From positions 1-58,830 of the forward strand of contig JAHIMF010000062.1 in the NCBI GenBank assembly GCA_018896645.1: DNA of 58,830 bases. The letters are read 5' to 3'. Position 1 is the stretch's first letter, and each line of letters starts with the position of its first letter. The position numbers and the translations under genes were made by a program. Under the pieces are notes generated by a model. The model saw nothing but the letters and a program-made list of their open reading frames with translations, did no database searches and had not been told where the DNA came from. Source of the stretch: Patescibacteria group bacterium. GTDB taxonomy: Bacteria; Patescibacteriota; Patescibacteriia; UBA2591; JABMQE01. Positions 34,698 through 42,617 of the stretch are shown here, piece after piece.

Positions 34698-34887
34698 CAC
34701 TTTATATTTTATACTAATATTAGCCAAACTTATCCGATATTGTGAGTAAAGTGTGGATAAATAATACTTCTTACATTATTTACCCTGTTAAATGAAAGCC
34801 ATTGACAAAGTCAGTGGTTAACAAAATCAGTCGCAGTTGGTGGTCTAACGCCACCAACAAACGACATTGATTTAACAAGGGCTACTA

Positions 34888-34916
34888 TTGACAATATTTT
34901 ATAGAAAAGATAGTAT
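34888..34916 (+). promoter_or_regulatory. promoter TTGACA-N17-TAGTAT for the plus-strand island
   Basis: TTGACA at 34888..34893 and TAGTAT at 34911..34916. A leader of about 165 nt follows. Confidence 0.5.
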
Positions 34917-35087
34917 AAAAACAGCACCTTTAATTCCTGTTGCTGGATGCAGCCTCGACAAGACGGGGTGGTTGCAAGCAATAAATCGTTCCATTCACCT
35001 CTCAAACGCCTGGATGCGTAGTCGCCGCTAGTCTGCCGATGAGGGTCAGGAAAATGCGGGACCGGACGCAAGGCAAAGGAGGAATTC

Positions 35088-35855
35088 ATGTCTAAGTATC
35101 GGTTTTCTGATTTACCCTTTGATGGTGGCATTGGCCAGGAAATAGTAGTGGTCCAGCCAGGCCCAACCGCGAGTCTTGACAAGGAGAACTTCCTTGCCAG
35201 GGGTGAGTTTGAATCAGTTTTCGCTGCAGTTATGGGCGACAATGCGCTGGTTCACACTGGCACTCTGCACTGTGTTGATGGAGGTGAGCCCTTGAGATTC
35301 AACGAATGTGGTGGCTTTCTCTATCGTGATGTCCACCCCCTGTGCTCTATCCATCCTTTGCAAAATAGGGTGTATGTTGATTTGGAGAAGGATGGTTGGC
35401 CCGCGTTTCATTGTGCTGGTTGCGATACGACTGCAACTCCGAAAATGACAAAAAGAGAGTTCAAGGACTTGATGCTCCATCTAATGATTAAACAAATGGT
35501 CCCCAGCTGGTTTGCGTGTAATTACACCGACTGTAGTCAAATGTCCGAGGATTACCATCCACGAGGCAAAGAAGCAATAAGGGAATTACAAGCTCTTGGG
35601 GTTATTTCAATAGCCCCTAAAATCCTGTGGGGCTTATCACCGGAAAACGCAAGCCGTGAGCAATCTGGTCACTGCGGAATCATGGGTCATCACAGCTTAG
35701 GATTTATGGTGATGCCGGGTACTCGATCCCTGACCCACGGTTGTGATGGCTTTGACGAATGGTTGAAGCTTTTGTTCATTAAATATCGCGAACATATTAG
35801 CGATTGGAACAAAGCAGCAACCAAATCCGCTCTTGGCCCCAGACCAGCAAAATAA
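35088..35855 (+). CDS. orphan Cys/His-rich protein (255 aa)
   Basis: AAAGGAGGA lies 6 nt upstream. 9 Cys, mostly next to His (LHC, FHCAGC, GHCG, THGC). I recognise no family. Confidence 0.6.
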   Translation: MSKYRFSDLPFDGGIGQEIVVVQPGPTASLDKENFLARGEFESVFAAVMGDNALVHTGTLHCVDGGEPLRFNECGGFLYRDVHPLCSIHPLQNRVYVDLEKDGWPAFHCAGCDTTATPKMTKREFKDLMLHLMIKQMVPSWFACNYTDCSQMSEDYHPRGKEAIRELQALGVISIAPKILWGLSPENASREQSGHCGIMGHHSLGFMVMPGTRSLTHGCDGFDEWLKLLFIKYREHISDWNKAATKSALGPRPAK

Positions 35856-35916
35856 TGGTCAGAAGTTCAGATTCAACTCCTTGGGTGGGAGCCAAAAAGT
35901 GTTGCAAAATGAAACT

Positions 35917-35995
35917 GCGCCCGTAGCTCTAAATTGGATAGAGCGATGGACTCCAAATCCAGTGGTTGAGGGTTCAAGTCCCTCCGGGCGTGCCA
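35917..35995 (+). tRNA. tRNA-Trp (anticodon CCA), CCA encoded
   Basis: Hand fold: acceptor GCGCCCG/CGGGCGT (G1-U72), anticodon loop CTCCAAA, T-arm GAGGGTTCAAGTCCCTC, 11-nt D-loop, A-G mismatch at 27:43. Confidence 0.85.
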
Positions 35996-36003
35996 GAAAA
36001 ACA

Positions 36004-36082
36004 GCCGCTGTAGCTCTAACTGGCTCAGAGCAACGCCCTTGTAAGGCGAAGGCTATCGGTTCGAGTCCGGTCAGCGGCTCCA
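36004..36082 (+). tRNA. tRNA-Thr (anticodon TGT), CCA encoded
   Basis: Hand fold: acceptor GCCGCTG/CAGCGGC, anticodon loop CTTGTAA, T-arm ATCGGTTCGAGTCCGGT, A-A mismatch at 27:43. Confidence 0.85.
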
Positions 36083-36099
36083 AAATTTGTTCATTCAAT

Positions 36100-36466
36100 T
36101 TTGCCATGATAAGACGGTAGCCTACTCTTGCGTGAAGTAAAAAAGGAGTTATCCTGGAATATATCTCTACAGAAAAGAGATGAAACCCGAAGGAAAATGG
36201 CTATTAGTCTCGGGTGTTTTTTCATGGCTAACCTAGCAAGGCGGTGGTCTTTCCACTGTAACAAGTGCGCGAAGGGTTAAACATGGCTAATGTGGTCTGG
36301 CTGCGGCCGCGGTCAGATTATGTAGACAGCCGATGTTTCAATTCGTGCCAAGCAGTGCAGTGGCTTACCAGGACCCCTTATCCTCTGGTGCGCCGATTAC
36401 CTTTCAGGGGAGGATGAGCGGGCGATGCCAAGACCGAATATCCTGGCGCCTTGCGGGCCTTTCATT
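36100..36466 (+). ncRNA. unclassified GC-rich structured non-coding region downstream of the tRNAs
   Basis: No credible ORF. Hairpin plus T-run at 36185..36222. ATGGCTA occurs three times (36197, 36224, 36283). 12-bp helix 36374..36385 with 36410..36422, extended by 36368..36373 with 36441..36446. Ends at a strong terminator. Confidence 0.3.
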
Positions 36467-36512
36467 AAGGCATGACTTTAATCAAAACAAGAAGTCATGC
36501 CTTTTTCTTTTC
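36467..36512 (+). terminator. rho-independent terminator (11-bp stem AAGGCATGACT/AGTCATGCCTT plus T-run)
   Basis: Read directly. Convergent with the tsaB terminator at 36527..36555 (minus strand CAGTTTGTGT/ACACAGCTG plus TTTTTTT). Confidence 0.75.
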
Positions 36513-36573
36513 TCTAAACAAAAAAACAGCTGTGTAAAACACAAACTGCTTCCCTATTTACTCTTTTACTTGT

Positions 36574-36993
36574 TTACTTGGTTAACCACTTACTTCCAGT
36601 TATATTCGGTTCCCTCCCATAAAACGGTTCAACCGTCTCCCCTACCCTTGTCTTCTTTAATCTCAACTTACCCATTTTAATCAGGCCCTGCAAATCCTCA
36701 AACTCGCTCAACTTTACCCCAACAACTGGAATTTGTAAAGCATAACTTAAAGTATTAGCCACTACCACGCCCACCCGCACAGATGAAAAACCACCAGGAC
36801 CTTTCACAACCACTACCCCCTGCAAATCAGTGAGTTTAACTTTATTCTTCTTTAATAATTTATCAACAGTTGACAATAACTTTTCTGATTCCTTGTATTG
36901 AACCCTAACAACAGTCTTATCTAAAATAAAATCATCGCGGGTAATCGCGATAACTAACTTATTTGATTCAGCTGTGTTAATTACTAAAATCAT
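36574..36993 (-). CDS. tsaB: tRNA threonylcarbamoyladenosine biosynthesis protein TsaB (short form)
   Basis: 'MILVINTA...' and 'VVVVKGPGGFSSVRVGVVVANTLSYALQIPVVGV'. Confidence 0.7.
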   Translation of the reverse strand: MILVINTAESNKLVIAITRDDFILDKTVVRVQYKESEKLLSTVDKLLKKNKVKLTDLQGVVVVKGPGGFSSVRVGVVVANTLSYALQIPVVGVKLSEFEDLQGLIKMGKLRLKKTRVGETVEPFYGREPNITGSKWLTK

Positions 36994-37113
36994 ATTACTA
37001 CAAGTTACTACGAGTTACTACAAATTACGCGAGCCGAGCTGTAGCGAGGCGAGCTTATTACTATAAAACTGATTAAACTCCAAAGGCACAAATAAAAACA
37101 AACCAATTAGAAA

Positions 37114-37782
37114 CTACCCGCGCTTCGCCCTCACCGCAATCTTCTTCCGACTATGATCCTTTGTCTCCTCTTGAGTCTTTGCTGTGACCACATCAATCAG
37201 CACGATTTTTTCATTCTCAAAAATTGTATATAAAAACCTGTCTGTTAGCTGGTGTCGATATAAAAATTCTTTAGTGCTCATAACCGTATAGCGGATTTCC
37301 TGGCCCAGCTCTTTTTCAAAACGTTTAATTAAATCGGCTAGTTTTTTCTGATTAACGCGTCCAACAATTAACATATCAGTAGTTGCGTCCGCGACACCGG
37401 TAAAGCTACCGGTTAAAGCTAAATAATGGATAGCGCCAATATCCTTAATGTTCTCCATTAAAGAGGTTCGGAGCAAAAGCTGGGATTTCATAATCAAGCT
37501 CCGGAGCTCGTTATATAAAACAAAGCTGGTGTTGGCTTTATAATGAATCTTCTGGGTACCTTTTTCTTTTTTCTTCATCTTTTGAATCAGCCCTAAAGCT
37601 TCGAGATTATCGAGTTCCCGGCACACAGAATTGATATGCTCACTTATGCTCCTTGAAATTTCCCGAATATAAAAACCCTCGCCCCCCTCATCTAACAAAA
37701 ATAGACGCAAAAGCTTAACTCGCGTTTTAGAGCCAAACAGTTGCTCGAAAAAATAAAGAGCTGATTTTTTTGAAGATTTCAT
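37114..37782 (-). CDS. winged-helix (ArsR-like) transcriptional regulator with C-terminal domain
   Basis: 'FGSKTRVKLLRLFLL...FYIREISRSISEHINSVCRELDNLEALGLIQ'. Confidence 0.5.
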   Translation of the reverse strand: MKSSKKSALYFFEQLFGSKTRVKLLRLFLLDEGGEGFYIREISRSISEHINSVCRELDNLEALGLIQKMKKKEKGTQKIHYKANTSFVLYNELRSLIMKSQLLLRTSLMENIKDIGAIHYLALTGSFTGVADATTDMLIVGRVNQKKLADLIKRFEKELGQEIRYTVMSTKEFLYRHQLTDRFLYTIFENEKIVLIDVVTAKTQEETKDHSRKKIAVRAKRG

Positions 37783-37992
37783 CTGGCTTGTGCTTTAATT
37801 AGTTAATTGTTAGTAATCAATATCTGTAGTATAATATAAATGTAGTTAAAAGGCAAGAATAATTGTCGTGTTGTTTGTGTAATTTAATGCAAGTGCAGCC
37901 AAAAAGCAAGAAAAACATTAAAGCATGAAAGCACGAGAGCAGAAAAGCAAAAGAATTTGTTTTAATGCTTTTATGTTTTAATGTTTTGATGA

Positions 37993-40305
37993 ATGTACAA
38001 TCTCCAAGTTGCCAAATTAGTTATCTATAACTCTCAAAAGAGTCGTTCGCTCGTCTCTTGCTTTGTTACCCAGCCAAAAATCGGCGAAAAGGAGCGGGGC
38101 GGGCAAATTTTTGTTATCTCGGAAATCCAAAAGACCACATCCGAGTATACTTATCAAAAACTTATAGACAGCCTTATCAAATCAATGAAAGGCTATTATT
38201 ATAATGAAATCAACTATCGGGCCGGACCAATAGAACTTGTTTTTGAGGCTGCTCTGCAAAAAACTAATCAAGAATTAGGCTTTTATCTAACCAATAAAGA
38301 AAACGGCATCAATGACGATTTTCTGAATAATTTGAATGTCCTGGTTGGCGTGGCCCGCAACCATGAAATTCACTTTTCCTTGGCAGGCGATATCAAGGGA
38401 TATCTCATTAGAAAAAATAAAATTTCTGATATTGTTGCCGGCCCCGAAAAACTTCAGGGCCAACACCAAGAATCTCAAAAAATCAATCCCTTAAAAGTCT
38501 TTTCCCATGTGATTTCCGGACATTTGGAAACTGACGACGGCATACTGTTCTGCACCGAAAGCCTGTTGGACTACTTTTCTTTAGAAAAATTAAAAAAAAT
38601 CATTGCTGATAACCAGGCCTCTAAAGTCTGCCAAAACCTTCAGGATCTCTTAATAGAAATTGATGATAAATCTGCCTTGGCAGCTATTGCCTTAAAACTC
38701 CTGGCTACTCCCCAAATTGAGAAAAAAGGTCTATCATACCCGCCACATCACCCAGAAGAAAAGGGTTTCCCCGCGCTCCTAAAAAAAAGTGAAAAAAACA
38801 GCGTTCAAGACTCTATTGCTAAACTTTTGGATCAACAAACAGAAACTAATCAAATTATATCACCCCGCTTGGTTTCAAATCTAAAAAAAATATTTACCTC
38901 AAAACACACCCGACAGAAAAAAAGCAAAACATCCCAAGAAAAAACTATGTTTAGGACGATCAAGAATTACAGCCCGACTAATAATCTACCCAAAATTAAA
39001 CATTTCCCCGGCTATAAAATCACTCACAAATTTGGATCTATCCTAAAAATAGCGGCTGTGCCATTTGAACTTTTAGGCAAATTCTTTAAAAAAAACCCGG
39101 CCCGCTTTGATAAACTATCAACCAGCAGTTTAGAAAAAATCTCCAGCCAAGCCAGAACACCCAAAAAATATCTTCGCAGGCTCCCCCTGTCCAGTAAGGC
39201 TTTACTTTTTGTTTGCATTATCTTGGGCCTGCTTTTTATCCAAAGCATCTTTCTTCTAAATAAAAGACGGGATAACCAGCAAGATATCCAAACCTATAAC
39301 CAGCTGTTAGAGCAAGTGGAAACCATGCAAAACGAAACCGAAGCTTCTTTAATTTATAGCGACGAAGAAAAAGCGCGATTACTCCTTAAGAATATATTAG
39401 AATTAATCGCCGGCCTGCCGCAAAACACCGAGGAGAGAGCAGAAAAAGCCTCAACCTTGCTCGCAAAAGCTAATGCCCAGCTCAATCAACTTAATCGCCT
39501 AAGGACTATTAAAAACCCCAAGCAACTCTTGGACTTTAGCGCCCTGACCTTTTTTGCCGAAGAATTGCCGTCCGAAATAATCAAGTTACAAAAAAATATC
39601 TATACCTATCGCTCTCGCGATAATAGCTTTTATGTTATCAATCTAGGGACCGGGGAAATTGATAATCTTCAAAATTCCTCGGGCGAGATTGGCAAAATTA
39701 CTAAAATTAAAAAATTTGACGAATCCTCGTTTCTTCTTTATCACAACTTGGAGGGGGTTGCCAAGTTTGATACGAAAAAAAATACAATAATCTCTTTTGG
39801 ATTATCCAGCCGAGAAGATATTATCATAGCTGATGTAGCCGCTTATAATAATCAACTTTATGTCCTGGCCCCCAATAAGAACCTAATTTTAAAATACAGC
39901 CCAGTGGCTGGCAGCTTTAGCCGCGAAACCGAGTGGCTCAAAGATGGGACTGATATTAGAGAAGCAATATCTTTTATCATAGATAGCTCCCTTTGGATAC
40001 TTAAAGCCGATGGTTCAGTCATCAATTTGATGAAAGGGGTGGAAGCAGAGTTTACTAGGCCCACGATTGAGCCTCTGCTTATTGGGCCCACAAAAATCTG
40101 GACAGATGCTGACTCTAAAAATCTTTACATCTTGGATTCTCCCAGCAAAAGAATTGTCATCATCACTAAAGAGGGCATACTTAAAGAACAGCTCACCAGC
40201 AAATCGTTCGCTGATTTAAAAGATTTTGTGGTTGACGAGGAAGCCGGGAAAATCTATGTTTTAGCGGGCGCCAAAATCTACGAGGTAGACCTCGGTCTTG
40301 AATAA
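37993..40305 (+). CDS. large hypothetical membrane protein (N-domain, central TM, C-terminal repeat/propeller-like region)
   Basis: 770-aa uninterrupted ORF with a TM at 'ALLFVCIILGLLFIQSIFLL'. Confidence 0.6.
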   Translation: MYNLQVAKLVIYNSQKSRSLVSCFVTQPKIGEKERGGQIFVISEIQKTTSEYTYQKLIDSLIKSMKGYYYNEINYRAGPIELVFEAALQKTNQELGFYLTNKENGINDDFLNNLNVLVGVARNHEIHFSLAGDIKGYLIRKNKISDIVAGPEKLQGQHQESQKINPLKVFSHVISGHLETDDGILFCTESLLDYFSLEKLKKIIADNQASKVCQNLQDLLIEIDDKSALAAIALKLLATPQIEKKGLSYPPHHPEEKGFPALLKKSEKNSVQDSIAKLLDQQTETNQIISPRLVSNLKKIFTSKHTRQKKSKTSQEKTMFRTIKNYSPTNNLPKIKHFPGYKITHKFGSILKIAAVPFELLGKFFKKNPARFDKLSTSSLEKISSQARTPKKYLRRLPLSSKALLFVCIILGLLFIQSIFLLNKRRDNQQDIQTYNQLLEQVETMQNETEASLIYSDEEKARLLLKNILELIAGLPQNTEERAEKASTLLAKANAQLNQLNRLRTIKNPKQLLDFSALTFFAEELPSEIIKLQKNIYTYRSRDNSFYVINLGTGEIDNLQNSSGEIGKITKIKKFDESSFLLYHNLEGVAKFDTKKNTIISFGLSSREDIIIADVAAYNNQLYVLAPNKNLILKYSPVAGSFSRETEWLKDGTDIREAISFIIDSSLWILKADGSVINLMKGVEAEFTRPTIEPLLIGPTKIWTDADSKNLYILDSPSKRIVIITKEGILKEQLTSKSFADLKDFVVDEEAGKIYVLAGAKIYEVDLGLE

Positions 40306-40360
40306 TAACCAGAAAGCCAGCAAGTGTTTGCCGGCCTTCTTAAATTTTTTATATATAATA

Positions 40361-40386
40361 ATGAACCATTCGCACGAATGGTTCAT
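40361..40386. terminator. 12-bp perfect hairpin ATGAACCATTCG-CA-CGAATGGTTCAT between convergent genes
   Basis: Followed by TACTTTTT on the plus strand. The core is identical to 15203..15224. Confidence 0.6.
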
Positions 40387-40422
40387 TACTTTTTCAGAAT
40401 GAAAAATAATTTTTTTTAGAGC

Positions 40423-40941
40423 TTACTTCAAGCTCACTTTCGCCCCAGCTTCTTCCAATTTCTTCTTCATCTTTTCGGCTTCTTCTTTAGCTACGGCTTC
40501 TTTAACCATCTTTGGCGCCGCTTCAACCAAATCCTTGGCGTCTTTAAGGCCAAGTTCGGTTAATTCGCGAACAGCTTTAATCACGCCGATTTTGTTGCCT
40601 CCGATTTCGGTTAACTCCACATTAAAGCTGGATTTTTCTTCAGCTTCTTCACCTGCCCCGGCGCCTGTAGCGCCAGCCGCGGCAACTGCCACCGGAGCCG
40701 CAGCGGACACGCCGAATTTCTTTTCCAAAATCTTCACCAATTCTGCCAAATCCAGCACTGACATTTTCTCGATCTCCTCAATTAGGGACTTGAATTTATC
40801 AGGTACTTCAACTTCTGTCTCTTCTTCAGTTGATTCTTTGGCTGTTGGCGCATCAGCCTTTTTAGTTTCTTCTGGCTTTTGCTCTTCTTGAATAGGAGCA
40901 CTTTGTTGATCGTCTGTTTTTTGATTATTGTCTTCTGCCAT
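40423..40941 (-). CDS. rplL: 50S ribosomal protein L7/L12 with an acidic N-terminal extension of about 46 aa
   Basis: Canonical part '[30 protein letters not shown]...[20 protein letters not shown]...AGAKVSLK'. No in-frame ATG/GTG/TTG lies at the canonical start. Confidence 0.9.
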   Translation of the reverse strand: MAEDNNQKTDDQQSAPIQEEQKPEETKKADAPTAKESTEEETEVEVPDKFKSLIEEIEKMSVLDLAELVKILEKKFGVSAAAPVAVAAAGATGAGAGEEAEEKSSFNVELTEIGGNKIGVIKAVRELTELGLKDAKDLVEAAPKMVKEAVAKEEAEKMKKKLEEAGAKVSLK

Positions 40942-40977
40942 AGTTTTAACTTTAATTATTAATTATTAATTATTAAA

Positions 40978-41502
40978 TCATGCTTTCGACTCCCGAATCG
41001 CATCTAATACCCGCACTAATCCACGCAAATTACCAGCCATAACATTAACAAACCCAGAAATCGGAGCTTTGATTGAACCCACAAGCCGTGCCAACAGTTC
41101 ATCCCTATTGGGTAGCTTAGCCAATTCCCCCACTTTCGCCGTGTCAATAAATTTTTGTTCTAAAATCCCGCCCTGGATTTTCAGGGCCTCGTGTTGCTTA
41201 GCAAAATCCGCCATTATTTTGGCCGGCGTTACTTCGTCCTCACTGCTCACGGCAAAGCTCATCGGACCTTCCATGGCTTTGATATCAACATCCGAAAACT
41301 TAGAATTTTTTAAAGCAATGTCAAAAAGCGAGCGTTTGATTACTAACAAACGGGTATTTGCTTCCCGGAGCTTACTCCGCAGGTCTTCCATTTCGGAAAC
41401 TTTAAGCCCAGAATAGTCAGCGAAAACAGCGCCCTTGACATCCTCTAAGGTTTGTTCTAAATCCTTTACAATTTCTTTTTTTTGTTGTTTAGTCTTAGCC
41501 AT
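40978..41502 (-). CDS. rplJ: 50S ribosomal protein L10
   Basis: 174 aa. 'FADYSGLKVSEMEDLRSKLRE' and its position upstream of rplL. Confidence 0.92.
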   Translation of the reverse strand: MAKTKQQKKEIVKDLEQTLEDVKGAVFADYSGLKVSEMEDLRSKLREANTRLLVIKRSLFDIALKNSKFSDVDIKAMEGPMSFAVSSEDEVTPAKIMADFAKQHEALKIQGGILEQKFIDTAKVGELAKLPNRDELLARLVGSIKAPISGFVNVMAGNLRGLVRVLDAIRESKA

Positions 41503-41660
41503 AAGTCAATATTTATTATTTACTATTTACTATTTATTATTCATTAAACAAAAATCTGCGATTTTAAGCCGCAGAATATCTGAAAAAACACATTCTTGCC
41601 TGAATAGGTTTTACATGCCTTAGCACTACCTATTTTCTGCGGCTACATATTGTTGTTATC
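41503..41660 (-). promoter_or_regulatory. structured 5' leader of rplJ (candidate L10 autoregulatory leader)
   Basis: Long-range helix GCCGCAGAA...TTCTGCGGC enclosing an AATAGGT/ACCTATT hairpin, between the promoter and the rplJ ATG. Confidence 0.45.
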
Positions 41661-41689
41661 AGTATAGCAAATGCTAAAAAATATGTCAA
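41661..41689 (-). promoter_or_regulatory. rplJL promoter TTGACA-N17-TATACT
   Basis: Minus strand has TTGACA at 41689..41684 and TATACT at 41666..41661. Confidence 0.6.
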
Positions 41690-41779
41690 GCTTTAAGGTG
41701 TAACCATACCAACCCTAATGCTTGACATTCTTGGTTGCCTTGGCATGTCTGAGTCCCGCCCGCCGAAGCCCTGAGCTTG

Positions 41780-41809
41780 CCTCTCGGCCATGAGCTCGAG
41801 GCCGAATGG
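41780..41809. repeat. GC-rich repeat family 2 copy
   Basis: CCTCTCGGCCATGAGCTCGAGGCCGAATGG compared with 9588..9650. The surrounding 41741..41830 is also GC-rich. Confidence 0.7.
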
Positions 41810-41827
41810 TCGAAGGGCGCAGGCGGG

Positions 41828-42229
41828 TCAACTATTGACTGCTTCCGGCTTTAAATCGTCTAGCGTCGGGAATATTTTGAGCTCAATAATTCTTCTTTCT
41901 TCTTCCTGGACCAGCAAGCCCTTCCGCCTCAAAGCCCTATTAGCGATTAAAGCTTTTTCATCTATTTTTCTGTCCCGCACAACTGTATCGCCTTTTAAAT
42001 CTGCTAATTTTTCATCAAGGTAATCTTTGGTTACCATTTGATTGTCTACATGGTCAATCTTTTTCTCTAGTCTTTGCTCTACGTGGTCAATCTTTTTCTC
42101 TAGTCTTTGCTCTACATGGTCAATCTTTTTGTAAACATCGTCAAAAGAGGGTTTTATGTATTTTATAACCCCATCCTCAAAACTTTCATCAAAAATTCCT
42201 TTTATTTGTTTTAAGTCTTCTTTTTGCAT
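41828..42229 (-). CDS. coiled-coil protein with tandem 11-aa repeats (IDHVEQRLEKK)
   Basis: 133 aa. 33-bp tandem units at 42051..42083 and 42084..42116, plus a partial third. Leaderless-type promoter at 42236..42264. Confidence 0.6.
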   Translation of the reverse strand: MQKEDLKQIKGIFDESFEDGVIKYIKPSFDDVYKKIDHVEQRLEKKIDHVEQRLEKKIDHVDNQMVTKDYLDEKLADLKGDTVVRDRKIDEKALIANRALRRKGLLVQEEERRIIELKIFPTLDDLKPEAVNS

Positions 42230-42333
42230 ATTTCTATTATAAAGTAAAATTTATCCACAGTCAAATTATGGGGTAAAATAAAGGGACTCCCACTGAAGTC
42301 CCTTGTGCTTGATAACATGTCATTCGTCAATCT

Positions 42334-42585
42334 TTAAGTTTCCTTACCCTGGCTTTCTCTGGTGATCACATTACCTTGAGCAGTATTTACACTGTTCCCA
42401 ATCATGGCGTCCCCCAGCCATTGGATGTTGCCCTCATCATATTCCTCCACAATGAAGGCGCCGTGGGTGTCTTCATGACTTAAAGAAAAGCCGTGCCTCT
42501 TGCAGGCATCGACAATCTCTCCTAAAAAGGCTTCAACCAACCAATCTTCAACCCTCGCCTCTCTACCTAAATGAAACCGTTTCAA
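42334..42585 (-). CDS. hypothetical protein (TTG start)
   Basis: 83 aa. GGAAAGGAGGAGG upstream. Confidence 0.45.
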   Translation of the reverse strand: MKRFHLGREARVEDWLVEAFLGEIVDACKRHGFSLSHEDTHGAFIVEEYDEGNIQWLGDAMIGNSVNTAQGNVITRESQGKET

Positions 42586-42617
42586 TGTCCTCCTCCTTTC
42601 CGTAAATTAACCTGACC

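Noticed and set aside
34920-35087. T-box or c-di-GMP riboswitch in the island leader
   Set aside because: Only fragmentary matches exist (GGGGTGGTT against the T-box core GGGTGGTACC, and GGACGCAAGGC against GEMM ACGCAAAGC). There is no specifier-loop or terminator architecture I can build by hand. It is kept only as something for cmscan to test.
34811-35242. 143-aa minus-strand ORF
   Set aside because: It lies antisense to the island promoter, leader and the 5' end of the SD-preceded 255-aa ORF. It has no SD or promoter of its own, and its low-complexity sequence is not protein-like.
35833-36120. ORFs 35833..36120 (+) and 35859..36107 (-)
   Set aside because: Both are read through the two tRNA genes, so they are artefacts of open frames in GC-rich structured RNA.
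36100-36466. RNase P RNA, tmRNA or SRP RNA
   Set aside because: There is no GGAAAGTCCGG (P4) or ACAGAANCCGGCTTA motif. There is no tRNA-like 3' end (GGTTCGAATCC...CCA) or tag ORF. There is no SRP domain IV GGAA/AGCA motif. The AGGGGAGGA and TTACCAGG resemblances are too short to count.
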